A stretch of 64,000 nt of DNA from Gaiellaceae bacterium (GTDB lineage: Bacteria > Actinomycetota > Thermoleophilia > Gaiellales > Gaiellaceae), in NCBI GenBank assembly GCA_036279015.1, contig DASUJY010000072.1, positions 962 through 64,961 on the forward strand. The letters are read 5' to 3'. The translations under genes were made by a program, and so were the position numbers. Below, piece by piece: positions 39,900-50,187 of the stretch. The notes beneath the pieces are model-generated. The model did not search any database, was not told the DNA's origin, and saw only the letters and a program-made list of their open reading frames with translations. Position 1 is the stretch's first letter, and the number at the start of each line of letters is the position of its first letter.

Positions 39900-41045
39900 C
39901 TAGAGCGCGTCCTCGGCGAGGCGCGTGCCCTCCACCATGTTCGAGAGCTTCTCGTACACGACCTCCCAGCTGCGCGTGCGGAGACCGCAGTCTGGATTGA
40001 CCTGGATCCGCGCGGGATCGCCGAGCACGTCGACGGCGTAGAGGATCCGGTCGCGCACGAGCTCGGCCGGTTCGACGAAGTCAGAATGGATGTCGAGCAC
40101 GCCGAGGCCCACGTTCGGGTAGCCGTGCTCCTTGAAAAGGGCGAGCGTGTCTGCGTAGCCCGGCCGGTCCTCGTCGCGCGTCCCGAGCTCGCGCGAGTCG
40201 CGGTTGGCGAACTCGAGCTGGAGCTCGAGGCAGTCGTCGAGCTCGAGGACGGCCGGCCAGAGCGCGCCGTAGTCGGAGAAGCAGATGTGCATCGACTTCT
40301 TCGCCGCGACACCGCGCGTCGCCTCGTTGAACCCCTGGACGACGAGCGGCACCTCGTCCGGCTTCGTCGTCGCGGCCGGCTCGTCGATCTGAATCCACTC
40401 GGCGCCGGCCGCGACGAGGCCTTCGACGTTGGGGCGGATCACGTTCGCCGCCACGTCGTGGACGAAGCGCCGGCGGGCCTCGTAACGGTGCTCCGCCGAG
40501 GCACCGAGCCCGCCCTCGTGGCCGTAATGCTCGTCGTAGGACCAGTCCTCCATCGTGTAGGCGCCGGTGAGCGGCACCTTGACGACCCGGTTTGTGTGGG
40601 AGCGGACGAACTCGTACTCCTCGACGTCCTGGGGCCCGGACACCGAAGGCGACTCCACGACCGCCGCCTTGGCGTAGTACTTGTTGTCGAACGAGCGGAC
40701 GATCCCGCGCGGCTCGAACCCGCCGGCGAAGGCTGCGACGTGGTCGTACATCTCGGTCCGCTTCTGCTCACCGTCGTAGACGACGTCGAGCCCGACCTGC
40801 TCGAGCAAGCGAATGGCGTAGCGGGCCGCCCAGTCGTCTATATCCGGCAAGTCGCCTTCCCCCACTTGACCGGAGGACAGGAGCTCGACGAGCTCCTCGT
40901 GATCTTCGACTCCGAGCCGGCTTCCCCAGCTTCGAGCGGCTTCGACGTCGCTGTCCTCGAGCGGCCGGCCGGCGAACGTCTTCACGCGCCACGACGGCTT
41001 CCCGAGACTGCCGATCTCCTGGGTGAGGAAGCGAACCGGGCTCAT
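39900..41045 (-). CDS. cobalamin-independent methionine synthase catalytic-domain protein (Meth_synt_2-like, 381 aa)
   Basis: Zn-ligand contexts SMHICFSDYG (His-x-Cys) and VNPDCGLRTR are present. ATGA overlap with the upstream gene and GGAGGAGG SD. The 618-aa ORF in the track is a read-through artefact. Confidence 0.85.
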   Translation of the reverse strand: MSPVRFLTQEIGSLGKPSWRVKTFAGRPLEDSDVEAARSWGSRLGVEDHEELVELLSSGQVGEGDLPDIDDWAARYAIRLLEQVGLDVVYDGEQKRTEMYDHVAAFAGGFEPRGIVRSFDNKYYAKAAVVESPSVSGPQDVEEYEFVRSHTNRVVKVPLTGAYTMEDWSYDEHYGHEGGLGASAEHRYEARRRFVHDVAANVIRPNVEGLVAAGAEWIQIDEPAATTKPDEVPLVVQGFNEATRGVAAKKSMHICFSDYGALWPAVLELDDCLELQLEFANRDSRELGTRDEDRPGYADTLALFKEHGYPNVGLGVLDIHSDFVEPAELVRDRILYAVDVLGDPARIQVNPDCGLRTRSWEVVYEKLSNMVEGTRLAEDAL

Positions 41046-41953
41046 GCGACGGCCTCCTCCATGGTCGCCTGGACGCGACCGAGGTTTGCGACCTTCTGGC
41101 GCGCGATCGGCTCCGACACGAACTGGAGATCTCCGTTGGGTGTGACGGAGACACCGCCGGCCACCCGCTCGGCGAGCTCCTGGACGAAGCGTGCAAGCTT
41201 GTCCGGGTCCTCGAGCGCCGAGCTCCGCGCGTCGACGACGCCGGCCATGATCTCCTTCGGATACCCCTTCGGCACGGCGTCGAGGCTCGTACGGTAGAAG
41301 TCGACCCCGATGGCATCCACAGGAAGCTCGGCCAGCGGCTCGAGCAGCGGCGCAGCGCCGAGAAAGGGCAGCTGGAGCGCGTATGGGCCGTCGGGAAGCT
41401 TCGAAATCGCCGCCGCGAGCTCGGCGACGTCCTCCGAAGCGAGGAAAGGCTCGTAGAGGACGACGAGAGCGCACCCCGCCTCGAGGTCGGCCTCGACCTG
41501 CGCCGCGAGCACGTTCGCTGCGAGGGCTTCGGGCGAGGCCGCGCCGTTCGTCGCACGGCTGAATGCAAGCGGCGACGGGAGCGTCCGCAGCCAGCGCCCG
41601 GCCGGCAGCCCAGGAGCGGGGATTGGCTCCCGGAGGCTCGGCTCTCCCTCCACGAGGACAGCCCGGTAGAAGGTGTTCGTGTCGAGAAAGCGCGTGAGTG
41701 GGCGCGCGTCGAGGCCTTCGGAGCGATCCGCCAGGGGCCGGAAGACATCCTGCCACTCCAGCATGCCGTCGGAGAGAAGCGCGAGGCCCGCCTTCTTCTG
41801 GACGGAGACGAGATCTCGGACGTCTGAGGCGGCCTGGCCCTCGACTGCCTGCGCCGTCGTCCGGCCGCGGTCCAGGTCTCGCGTCGCCTGGACGAGGGCC
41901 TCCGAGCGGGGGTAGATCCCGGGTGCGAACGCCCTCAGTTCCATCCGCGGCAT
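41042..41953 (-). CDS. MetE N-terminal-barrel-like / UROD-MetE-like protein lacking the Zn ligands (303 aa)
   Basis: GIYPRSEAL...LSDGMLEWQD...DTNTFY resembles a MetE-type barrel. The position equivalent to PDCGL reads TPNGDL. Confidence 0.65.
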   Translation of the reverse strand: MPRMELRAFAPGIYPRSEALVQATRDLDRGRTTAQAVEGQAASDVRDLVSVQKKAGLALLSDGMLEWQDVFRPLADRSEGLDARPLTRFLDTNTFYRAVLVEGEPSLREPIPAPGLPAGRWLRTLPSPLAFSRATNGAASPEALAANVLAAQVEADLEAGCALVVLYEPFLASEDVAELAAAISKLPDGPYALQLPFLGAAPLLEPLAELPVDAIGVDFYRTSLDAVPKGYPKEIMAGVVDARSSALEDPDKLARFVQELAERVAGGVSVTPNGDLQFVSEPIARQKVANLGRVQATMEEAVA

Positions 41954-41982
41954 CCTAGCGACGCAAACCTGGTGTCCCCGGC

Positions 41983-42401
41983 TCAGCGGCCGGCGACGGA
42001 GATCTTGTTCTCGGCGTGCGCGAGGCGCTGCTCGAGCGTCCAGCGGTCGAGCTGCTCGTCGCCGGACTCGAGCTGCGCGCGAAGCTCTTCCGCCTCGCGG
42101 CGCGCCGCGTCGACGTCGATCTCCTTCGCGCGGACGGCGTCATCGACGAGCACGATCGCCCGGTCCTGCTGCACCTTGAAGAAGCCGGGCCCGGTCGCCA
42201 TGAACGTCCAGTCCCCGCCCGCCTTCACGCGCGTCTCACCGGCTCGGAGCATCGCCACGAGCGGCGCGTGGCGCGCGAGGACGCCGATCTCGCCGGCGGC
42301 CCCGGGCACGATCACCATCTCGGCCTCGCCCTCGAAAGCCGCTCCCTCAGGGGTGACGACCGAGAGGTCGAAGGTGCGAGCGCCGCCCTCGGCGGTGGCC
42401 A

Positions 42402-42402
<1 letters not shown>
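41983..42402 (-). CDS. atpC: F1 ATP synthase subunit epsilon
   Basis: VVTPEG...VPGAAGEIGVLARHAPL..., C-terminal helical hairpin. 1-nt TAATG overlap with atpD. Confidence 0.93.
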
Positions 42403-43907
<1,505 letters not shown>

Positions 43908-43954
43908 TCATCTTGGCCGGGCTCAGTGTAGCCAAGCCCTTCCGGGGCGAGCGA

Positions 43955-44431
43955 TCAGACGACGCCCTCGGGAGGCTGTCCGGGAACCCTCGCAGGTGCG
44001 GGCGCAGGCCGCTTCTTGTCGCGCGGCAGCTGGAGCAACTGGTTCATGTCGGTCCGGAAGCTGAGCTGAGGGGCGGGAGCCGGCGCGGGCGCCGGCGCGG
44101 GCCGCTGGAGCGAGGATCCGACGAAGCTTCCGAGCGCGGCTGCGGCCGCGATGGCGACGATGGCGACGCGCCGGCGAACCGGCAGGCGGAGGACGCCGCC
44201 GCGCTCGGGCGGCGCGTAGACGATCTGCGGCTCCTCGACCGGGGTCGCGCGCACGATCTCGGTCACGGAGGTGAGGCCGGCCGCGAAGGAGCGGCAGGCG
44301 GGACAACCATCGAGATGCTTGTCGAGCAACGCGCCTTCGAGCTCCGAGAGCTCGCCGTCGACGCGGAGCGACGCCCACTGACGGGCGCGGTCGCACCGTC
44401 CACTGCGCGGAGAGAGCGCTTCGCCGGCCAT
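43955..44431 (-). CDS. zinc-binding anti-sigma factor (ZAS, zf-HC2), single-pass membrane protein, no adjacent sigma gene
   Basis: C13 ... H39-x3-C43-x2-C46 (RCDRARQW...KHLDGCPACRSF), a TM segment VAIVAIAAAAALGSFV, and a Pro/Ala-rich C-terminal region. Confidence 0.75.
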   Translation of the reverse strand: MAGEALSPRSGRCDRARQWASLRVDGELSELEGALLDKHLDGCPACRSFAAGLTSVTEIVRATPVEEPQIVYAPPERGGVLRLPVRRRVAIVAIAAAAALGSFVGSSLQRPAPAPAPAPAPQLSFRTDMNQLLQLPRDKKRPAPAPARVPGQPPEGVV

Positions 44432-44484
44432 ATCTGCTCTGACGATAGCCGAGGAAGGAGGTTAGGAAGTTCCCGAAACGGGCG

Positions 44485-45381
44485 TCAGGCGACGGCGCCG
44501 TTGCCGGAGCCCGAGCGGGCCTCCTGCCGGATGCGCGCGCGCTCGAGCTTCCGCTCGCGCTGGCGGCGCGGGTCCGGGACCGGGACGGCGGCGAAAAGCG
44601 CCTTCGTGTATTCGTCCCGCGGCTCGTGGTAGACCTGCTCGGCCGTCCCCACCTCGACGAGCTTGCCCTGGTTCATGACCGCGATGCGGTCGCTCATCGT
44701 CCGCACGACTGCGAGATCGTGTGAGATGAAGAGGTACGTGAGCCCGAAGTCCCGCTGCAGGTCCTTGAGGAGGTTGAGGATTTGGGCCTGGATCGAGACG
44801 TCGAGCGCCGACACGGGCTCGTCGCACACGATCAGCTTCGGGTTGAGCGCGAGCGCGCGGGCAACTCCGATGCGCTGCCGCTGGCCCCCCGAGAACTCGT
44901 GCGGATAGCGGTTCGTGAAGTTCGGGTTGAACCCGACGATGTCGAGAAGCCGGCGGACCGTCTCGGTCCGGCTCCTGCGCGTGCCGATGCCGTGCACCTC
45001 GAGCGGCTCCGCCACGATTCCGCCCACCGTCATGCGCGGGTCGAGGGAGGCATACGGATCCTGGAAGACGATCTGCATCTCGCGCCGCATCCGGCGCAGG
45101 TCCTCGCGACCGAGCGCGGTCAGCTCCTTGTCCATGAACCGGATCGAGCCAGAAGTCGGCTTGAGGAGCTGGAGGATGCAGTAGCCGGTCGTCGACTTGC
45201 CCGAGCCCGACTCGCCGACGAGTCCGAGCGTCTCCCCCTCGGCGACCTCGAAGCTGACGCCGTCGACGGCCTTGACCGCTCCGACCGTCCGCTCGACGAG
45301 GACGCCCTTCCTGATCGGAAAGTGCTTCTCGAGATCGGAAACGGCGAGGAGCGCGCCGTTCGCGGAGGCGCCCTCGCTCAC
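44485..45381 (-). CDS. oligopeptide-type ABC transporter ATP-binding protein (OppF type)
   Basis: [27 protein letters not shown] overlap with the upstream gene. Confidence 0.9.
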   Translation of the reverse strand: MSEGASANGALLAVSDLEKHFPIRKGVLVERTVGAVKAVDGVSFEVAEGETLGLVGESGSGKSTTGYCILQLLKPTSGSIRFMDKELTALGREDLRRMRREMQIVFQDPYASLDPRMTVGGIVAEPLEVHGIGTRRSRTETVRRLLDIVGFNPNFTNRYPHEFSGGQRQRIGVARALALNPKLIVCDEPVSALDVSIQAQILNLLKDLQRDFGLTYLFISHDLAVVRTMSDRIAVMNQGKLVEVGTAEQVYHEPRDEYTKALFAAVPVPDPRRQRERKLERARIRQEARSGSGNGAVA

Positions 45382-46397
45382 GCCGTCACCGGCTCTGGCG
45401 AGCCCGAGCGCTCGCTCGTCGGATGCGCCGTGCGAACCCAGTGCCCTGGCCGAACCTCGCGGAGCTGGGGCTCGACCCGGGTGCACGAGTCCTCGTAGTG
45501 CGCGTAGGGACAGCGCGCGGCGAAGCGGCACGCTTCGGGCGGGGCGACGAGGTCGGGAGGGCGTCCGGGGATGGCGGTCAGACGGCTGTCCCTGATCTCG
45601 CGCTCGTCGCCCTCGAGCTGGGGCAACGCGCCGAGGAGCGCCTCGGTGTAGGGGTGTTCCGGATGGTCGAAGAGCTCGAATCCGGTCGCCTGCTCGACGA
45701 TCTGCCCGGCGTACATGATTGCGATGTCGTCACAGACCTCGGCGACGACACCCATGTCGTGCGTGATCAGGATCATCGCCATGTCGTGTTCCTGGCGCAA
45801 CTGGTCGAGCAGGTCGAGAATCTGGGCTTGAATCGTGACGTCGAGCGCCGTGGTCGGCTCATCGGCGATGAGGAGCCGCGGGTTGCAGGAGAGCGCGATC
45901 GCGATCATGACGCGCTGGCGCATGCCGCCCGAGAAGCGGTGCGGGTAATCGTCGATGCGCTCGGCCGCCCGCGGGATGCCGACCTCCTCCATGAGCTCGA
46001 TCGCGCGCTTGCGCGCGACTTCCTTGGGCACCTCCTCGTGCGCGCGAATCGTCTCCGTGATCTGAGTCCCGATCTTGAGCGTCGGGTTCAGGCACGTCAT
46101 CGGATCCTGGAAGATCATGGCGATGTCGTTGCCGCGGATCGACTGCATCTGCCGGTCCGAGAGGTTCGTCAGGTCGCGTCCGTCGAAGAGCACCTCGCCG
46201 CTCACGATCTTCGCCGGCGGCTTCGGGATGAGACCCATGATCGAGAGCGCCGTGACTGACTTCCCGCAGCCCGACTCTCCGACGATCCCGAGCGTCTTTC
46301 CCTTCTCGACGGCGAAGCTGATGCCGTCGACCGCCTGCACGACCCCTTCGCGCGTGAAGAAATGCGTCCTGAGGTCGTTGACCTCGAGCAGCGCCAA
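45378..46397 (-). CDS. oligopeptide-type ABC transporter ATP-binding protein (OppD type)
   Basis: [42 protein letters not shown] 46397 follows GCGAGG. The 596-aa ORF in the track is a read-through artefact. Confidence 0.9.
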   Translation of the reverse strand: MALLEVNDLRTHFFTREGVVQAVDGISFAVEKGKTLGIVGESGCGKSVTALSIMGLIPKPPAKIVSGEVLFDGRDLTNLSDRQMQSIRGNDIAMIFQDPMTCLNPTLKIGTQITETIRAHEEVPKEVARKRAIELMEEVGIPRAAERIDDYPHRFSGGMRQRVMIAIALSCNPRLLIADEPTTALDVTIQAQILDLLDQLRQEHDMAMILITHDMGVVAEVCDDIAIMYAGQIVEQATGFELFDHPEHPYTEALLGALPQLEGDEREIRDSRLTAIPGRPPDLVAPPEACRFAARCPYAHYEDSCTRVEPQLREVRPGHWVRTAHPTSERSGSPEPVTA

Positions 46398-46408
46398 CTC
46401 GTACCTCG

Positions 46409-47383
46409 CTAGCCCGTTTCCCGCGTGCGCGGATCGAGCGCGTCGCGAAGCCCGTCGGCGATGAAGTTCGCGCAGAGGACGAGCGTCGCGATCGCCAGGC
46501 TCGGGATGAAGAGCACCTCCGGATGGAGGCGGTACGCCTCGCGACCGTCCTGGGCGATCGAGCCCCAGGAGGCGGTCGGCGGGTTGATCCCGAGGCCGAT
46601 GAAGCTGAGGAACGCCTCGCCGAGGACGACGCCGGGGAGGTCGAGGAAGATGGCGATCACGAGCACTCCGAGGGTGTTCGGCAGGAGATGGCGCGCCAGG
46701 ATCCGGTACCAGCGAGCGCCGACCGCCTTGGCGGCGCGAACGTAGTCGTTCTCCTTGAGCGTGATGATCTGACCCCGGACCACGCGGGCGGCGGTGAACC
46801 AGCTCGCGATCGTCAGCGCAACCACCATCGACCAGAAGCTGACCGAGCCCGAGGGGCTCAGGATCTGCGTCGTGATGATCGCGAACGGCAGGTACGGCAG
46901 GCCGTAGAGCGCGTCGAGGAAGCGCATCATGCCGTTGTCGAGCTTGCCCCCGATGAACCCCGCGACCGACCCGTACACGACGCCGATGATGAGGATCATG
47001 AACGTTGCCGCAAAGCCGATCGCGATCGAGATCTGGCCGCCGACAGCCGTCCGGGCGAAGAGGTCGCGACCGAACTTGTCGGTCGAGAACGGGTGGTCGA
47101 GGCTGAAGCCCGCGTAGGACTGCGAGAAGTCGACGTGGTTGGGGTCGTAGTCCTTGATCGACGTCCACGCCCCGGGGATCTTCCAGAAGCCCGGGATGAC
47201 CAGGCAGTAGAGGACGATGATGAGGAAGATGATCGCGGAGACCACGGCGCCCTTGTTGCGGATGTAGCGCGCCCAGGCGTCCTGCCAGAGGCTCGACTGC
47301 CTGACCGCCGCGCCTGCGGCCGGCTCGGTCGCTGTCGGCGGCGCCGCAACCGGAATGGAGGCCTCCCGGCGGTCGACGGCCAC
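46409..47383 (-). CDS. oligopeptide-type ABC transporter permease (OppC type)
   Basis: OppC-type N-terminal segment plus a BPD transport domain. The GTG start overlaps the upstream stop by 1 nt. Confidence 0.9.
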   Translation of the reverse strand: MAVDRREASIPVAAPPTATEPAAGAAVRQSSLWQDAWARYIRNKGAVVSAIIFLIIVLYCLVIPGFWKIPGAWTSIKDYDPNHVDFSQSYAGFSLDHPFSTDKFGRDLFARTAVGGQISIAIGFAATFMILIIGVVYGSVAGFIGGKLDNGMMRFLDALYGLPYLPFAIITTQILSPSGSVSFWSMVVALTIASWFTAARVVRGQIITLKENDYVRAAKAVGARWYRILARHLLPNTLGVLVIAIFLDLPGVVLGEAFLSFIGLGINPPTASWGSIAQDGREAYRLHPEVLFIPSLAIATLVLCANFIADGLRDALDPRTRETG

Positions 47384-48321
47384 TATCGCGCCTCGCGGGT
47401 TCGCGGGTCGAGGATGCCGTACATGATGTCGACGAAGAGGTTGGCGATGATGACGATCACCGAGGTGAGGACCGTGATCCCCATCACGACTGAGAAGTCA
47501 CGGTTCGAGACCGAGTTGATGAAGTAGCGGCCGATTCCAGGGATCGAGAAGATGAACTCGATGATGAAGGTGCCGGTGATAATGACGCCGAGGAGCGGGG
47601 CGGTCGCCGTCACGACCGGTATGAGCGAGTTGCGCAGCACGTGCAGGCCGACGACCCGCTTGTAGGGGAGGCCCTTGGCCTTGGCGGTGCGGACGTAGTC
47701 CATCTGCATCGTCTCGAGCATCGAGCCGCGCACGAGCCGCGCGAAGTACGCCATCGGGAAGAGGCCGAGTGCGAATGACGGCAGGATAACGCGGTCGTCG
47801 AGGCTCCAGAACGACAGCGGCCACCCGTTCGTGGGCACCACCCCGGCTTTCAGCGCCACGTAGTAGATGAGGAGCGTGGCGACGAAGAAGCTCGGTAACG
47901 CGAAGCCGATGCTCGAGAAGAACATCGCGAAGTAGTCGAAGATCGAGTTCGGCTTGAGCGCGGCGAGGACGCCAAACGGGATTCCCAGCACCGCGGCCCA
48001 GAGAAAGGCGAGGATGCCGAGCTTCAGAGACTTCGGGAAGCCGTCCTTGATGATGTCGTTGACCGTGCGGGTCCGCTGCGACATCGACGGGCCGAGGTCG
48101 AACGTGAAGACGTCCTTGACGTAGTAGACGTACTGGACGTACCAGGGCTTGTCGAGGTTGAACTTGCGCTCGAGATTCGCCTGGATCGCCGGCGGCACGT
48201 TCCGCTCCGTGTGCCGGAACGGGTTGCCGCCGATCTGCTTCATCATCACGAACGTCATGAGGATGACGAGCAGGACGACCGGGATTGTCCAGACCACTCG
48301 CCGGATGATGAAGGTGGTCAT
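47383..48321 (-). CDS. oligopeptide-type ABC transporter permease (OppB type)
   Basis: MTTFIIRRVVWTIPVVLLVILMTFVM..., EAA loop YVRTAKAKGL. Confidence 0.9.
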   Translation of the reverse strand: MTTFIIRRVVWTIPVVLLVILMTFVMMKQIGGNPFRHTERNVPPAIQANLERKFNLDKPWYVQYVYYVKDVFTFDLGPSMSQRTRTVNDIIKDGFPKSLKLGILAFLWAAVLGIPFGVLAALKPNSIFDYFAMFFSSIGFALPSFFVATLLIYYVALKAGVVPTNGWPLSFWSLDDRVILPSFALGLFPMAYFARLVRGSMLETMQMDYVRTAKAKGLPYKRVVGLHVLRNSLIPVVTATAPLLGVIITGTFIIEFIFSIPGIGRYFINSVSNRDFSVVMGITVLTSVIVIIANLFVDIMYGILDPRTREAR

Positions 48322-48380
48322 CTAGTCGGAATTCTGTACCCGATTGGTGTGTCTTCGCAACGGTGAAATCGAAGCGGGCC

Positions 48381-48406
48381 GGGCGGGGCGCCGGAGCGCC
48401 CCGCCC
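48381..48406 (-). terminator. 11-bp GC hairpin between the substrate-binding-protein gene and the permease genes (attenuator or partial terminator)
   Basis: GGGCGGGGCGC-cgga-GCGCCCCGCCC, located 24 nt downstream of the SBP stop in a 108-nt spacer. Confidence 0.5.
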
Positions 48407-48429
48407 GTCCGCGGTCTTTCGCGTCTTGC

Positions 48430-50097
48430 CTAGCTGCCCGTCACGACCACCTTGGTGAGGTCGAACTGGTCGAGCGGGTTGATGTTGAACGTGTCCTGGA
48501 TGGACTGCTTTTCCAGGTTCACGTACGTGTACCAGTAGATCGGAGCGATCGGAACCGCGCCGTCCTGGCCCAGCAGCTTCTGCTCGAGCTGCGCGTAGAT
48601 CTGGAACCTGGCTTGGTCATCCGGCGTCTGCCGGGCCTTGGCGACCAGATCGTCGTAGCTCTTGTCGCAGAAGTTGGTGTTGTTGTTACCCGAGTCGCAC
48701 GTCCACTGATCGAGGAAGTTCAGCGCGTCCGGGTAGTCCGCGATCCAGCCGAGGCGATAGACGTCGACCGCCTGGTTGGGCGGCGGGCCCAGGAACTCGA
48801 GGAACTGCGCCCACTCCTGCTGCTTCAGAGTGGTGCTGATCCCGAGCTCCTGCCACTGTGCCTGGACAGCGGTCGCGATCTCCTTGTGGCCCGGTGAATC
48901 GTTGAAGAAGAGCGTGATGTCCGTCTTCGGATTCTGGGCCTGGGAGAGCTCGTCCTTCGCCTGGTCGAGGTCCCCGTTCTCGGGCGTCCAGGGCGAGTTC
49001 GGATTGAACACGTCGAACCCAGGCATACCCTTCGGCGTGTAGCCCGTGGGCGGCAGCTGGTCCGCCTGGGCGATCTCGTCGATGATCTGCCTCCGGTTGA
49101 TCGCGAGCGACAGAGCACGCCGCTCGTGGATATCGGAGAGGTTCTTCATGTTGAACCCGTAGTAGTAATCGCCGAGCGCCGGATACTGCTGGTACTCGGG
49201 CGTGTCCTTCAGCCGGGCGATCTCGTCCGGAGGCAGTCCGCCGCCGTCGAGGGTGTCGATCTCGCCCGATTCGAAGGCCTGCACACGCGTCGTGCCGTCG
49301 ACGATGATCTTGCCGGGCACGCTCGTGAGCTTGACGCTGTCTGCGTTACGCCACTGATCCCACTTGACGAGGTCGATCTCCGCGTCGTGCTCCCACTTGG
49401 CGAGCTTGAAGGGACCGTCGGTGACGATGTTCTGCGGCTCCGTCCACTTGTCGCCGAACTGCTCGACCGCCGACTGGTTCACGGCGAGGAACGAGTGGTG
49501 CGCCGACTGCTGGACGAACCAGGGCTGCGGCGAGGTGAGGTGGACGACGAGCGTGTAGTCGTCGGGCGCCTCGACGCCGACCTTGTCGGCGAGCGCGTCG
49601 CAGTTCTTCGTGCACGCGTTGTACTCCTGCGCGCCGACGATGCCGTACAGCTGGTAGGCGTAGTCCGCCGCCAGGTCGGGCGAGAGCGTCCGCTTCCACG
49701 AATAGACGAAGTCCTTCGCGGTCACCGGATCGCCGTTCGTCCACTTGCCGTCCTTGCGCAGGTGGTACGTCACGGTCTTCCCGTCCTCGCTGACGTCCCA
49801 GCTCTCCGCCAGGTTCGCCTCGGCCTCGAGCGTGTCGGGGTTCAGCTTGACCAGCGGATCCATGATGTTCAGGAGCACGTTCGACGACGTCGTGTCCGTC
49901 GCGAGCCCCGGATCGAGCGACGGCGGCTCGGCGCCCCACCCGATCGTCATGGTCTGGTTGGCGGCCTCGCCTGTCTGGCCGCCTTCGCTTCCGCCGGCCG
50001 GGCCCGACTCTTCGTTCCCCCCACCGCATCCAGCGGCGGCGAGCGCGAACGCGCCGAGCAAGGCCACGACGAGCGGAAGCAATCTCTTTCCTGTCAC
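48430..50097 (-). CDS. ABC transporter substrate-binding lipoprotein, family 5
   Basis: GTG 50097 follows AAGGAGGAGGG. Lipobox LAAAGC followed by a Gly/Glu linker, then a family-5 SBP body. Confidence 0.9.
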   Translation of the reverse strand: MTGKRLLPLVVALLGAFALAAAGCGGGNEESGPAGGSEGGQTGEAANQTMTIGWGAEPPSLDPGLATDTTSSNVLLNIMDPLVKLNPDTLEAEANLAESWDVSEDGKTVTYHLRKDGKWTNGDPVTAKDFVYSWKRTLSPDLAADYAYQLYGIVGAQEYNACTKNCDALADKVGVEAPDDYTLVVHLTSPQPWFVQQSAHHSFLAVNQSAVEQFGDKWTEPQNIVTDGPFKLAKWEHDAEIDLVKWDQWRNADSVKLTSVPGKIIVDGTTRVQAFESGEIDTLDGGGLPPDEIARLKDTPEYQQYPALGDYYYGFNMKNLSDIHERRALSLAINRRQIIDEIAQADQLPPTGYTPKGMPGFDVFNPNSPWTPENGDLDQAKDELSQAQNPKTDITLFFNDSPGHKEIATAVQAQWQELGISTTLKQQEWAQFLEFLGPPPNQAVDVYRLGWIADYPDALNFLDQWTCDSGNNNTNFCDKSYDDLVAKARQTPDDQARFQIYAQLEQKLLGQDGAVPIAPIYWYTYVNLEKQSIQDTFNINPLDQFDLTKVVVTGS

Positions 50098-50113
50098 GTC
50101 TGCCCTCCTCCTT

Positions 50114-50125
50114 GGGTACGTACCC
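50114..50125. promoter_or_regulatory. perfect 12-nt palindrome GGGTACGTACCC just upstream of the SBP gene SD (candidate operator)
   Basis: Read directly. It lies in the 90-nt Kelch-SBP spacer, next to a GGCCGC...GCGGCC hairpin at 50127-50153. Confidence 0.35.
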
Positions 50126-50187
50126 GGCCGCGCGCGCTTGCGCCGAGCGGCCAACCAGATGCTTAGACGCATCCGGGCGGCGGAAAG

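Noticed and set aside
39900-41756. A single 618-aa ORF that could be read as a full-length fused MetE
   Set aside because: The first 237 residues are Arg/Ala/Pro-rich read-through in a different frame from the genuine upstream gene (41042-41953). The real start is ATG 41045, with an SD and an ATGA overlap. The same read-through artefact inflates ORFs 38768-40312, 45378-47168, 5652-7109, 51161-52312 and 57555-58487.
41954-41982. Riboswitch (SAM, cobalamin or THF) upstream of the metE-like pair, ahcY (34341-34349) or glyA (59486-59519)
   Set aside because: The upstream gaps are only 9-34 nt, too short for any known aptamer. These genes appear to be read through from upstream genes.
44070-44110. 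Short GC-rich tandem repeats (also 42410-42450) that might be mistaken for a repeat array or CRISPR-like structure
   Set aside because: They are in-frame low-complexity coding repeats: PAPAPAPAPAP in the anti-sigma factor and [12 protein letters not shown] in AtpD. They have no spacer organisation.
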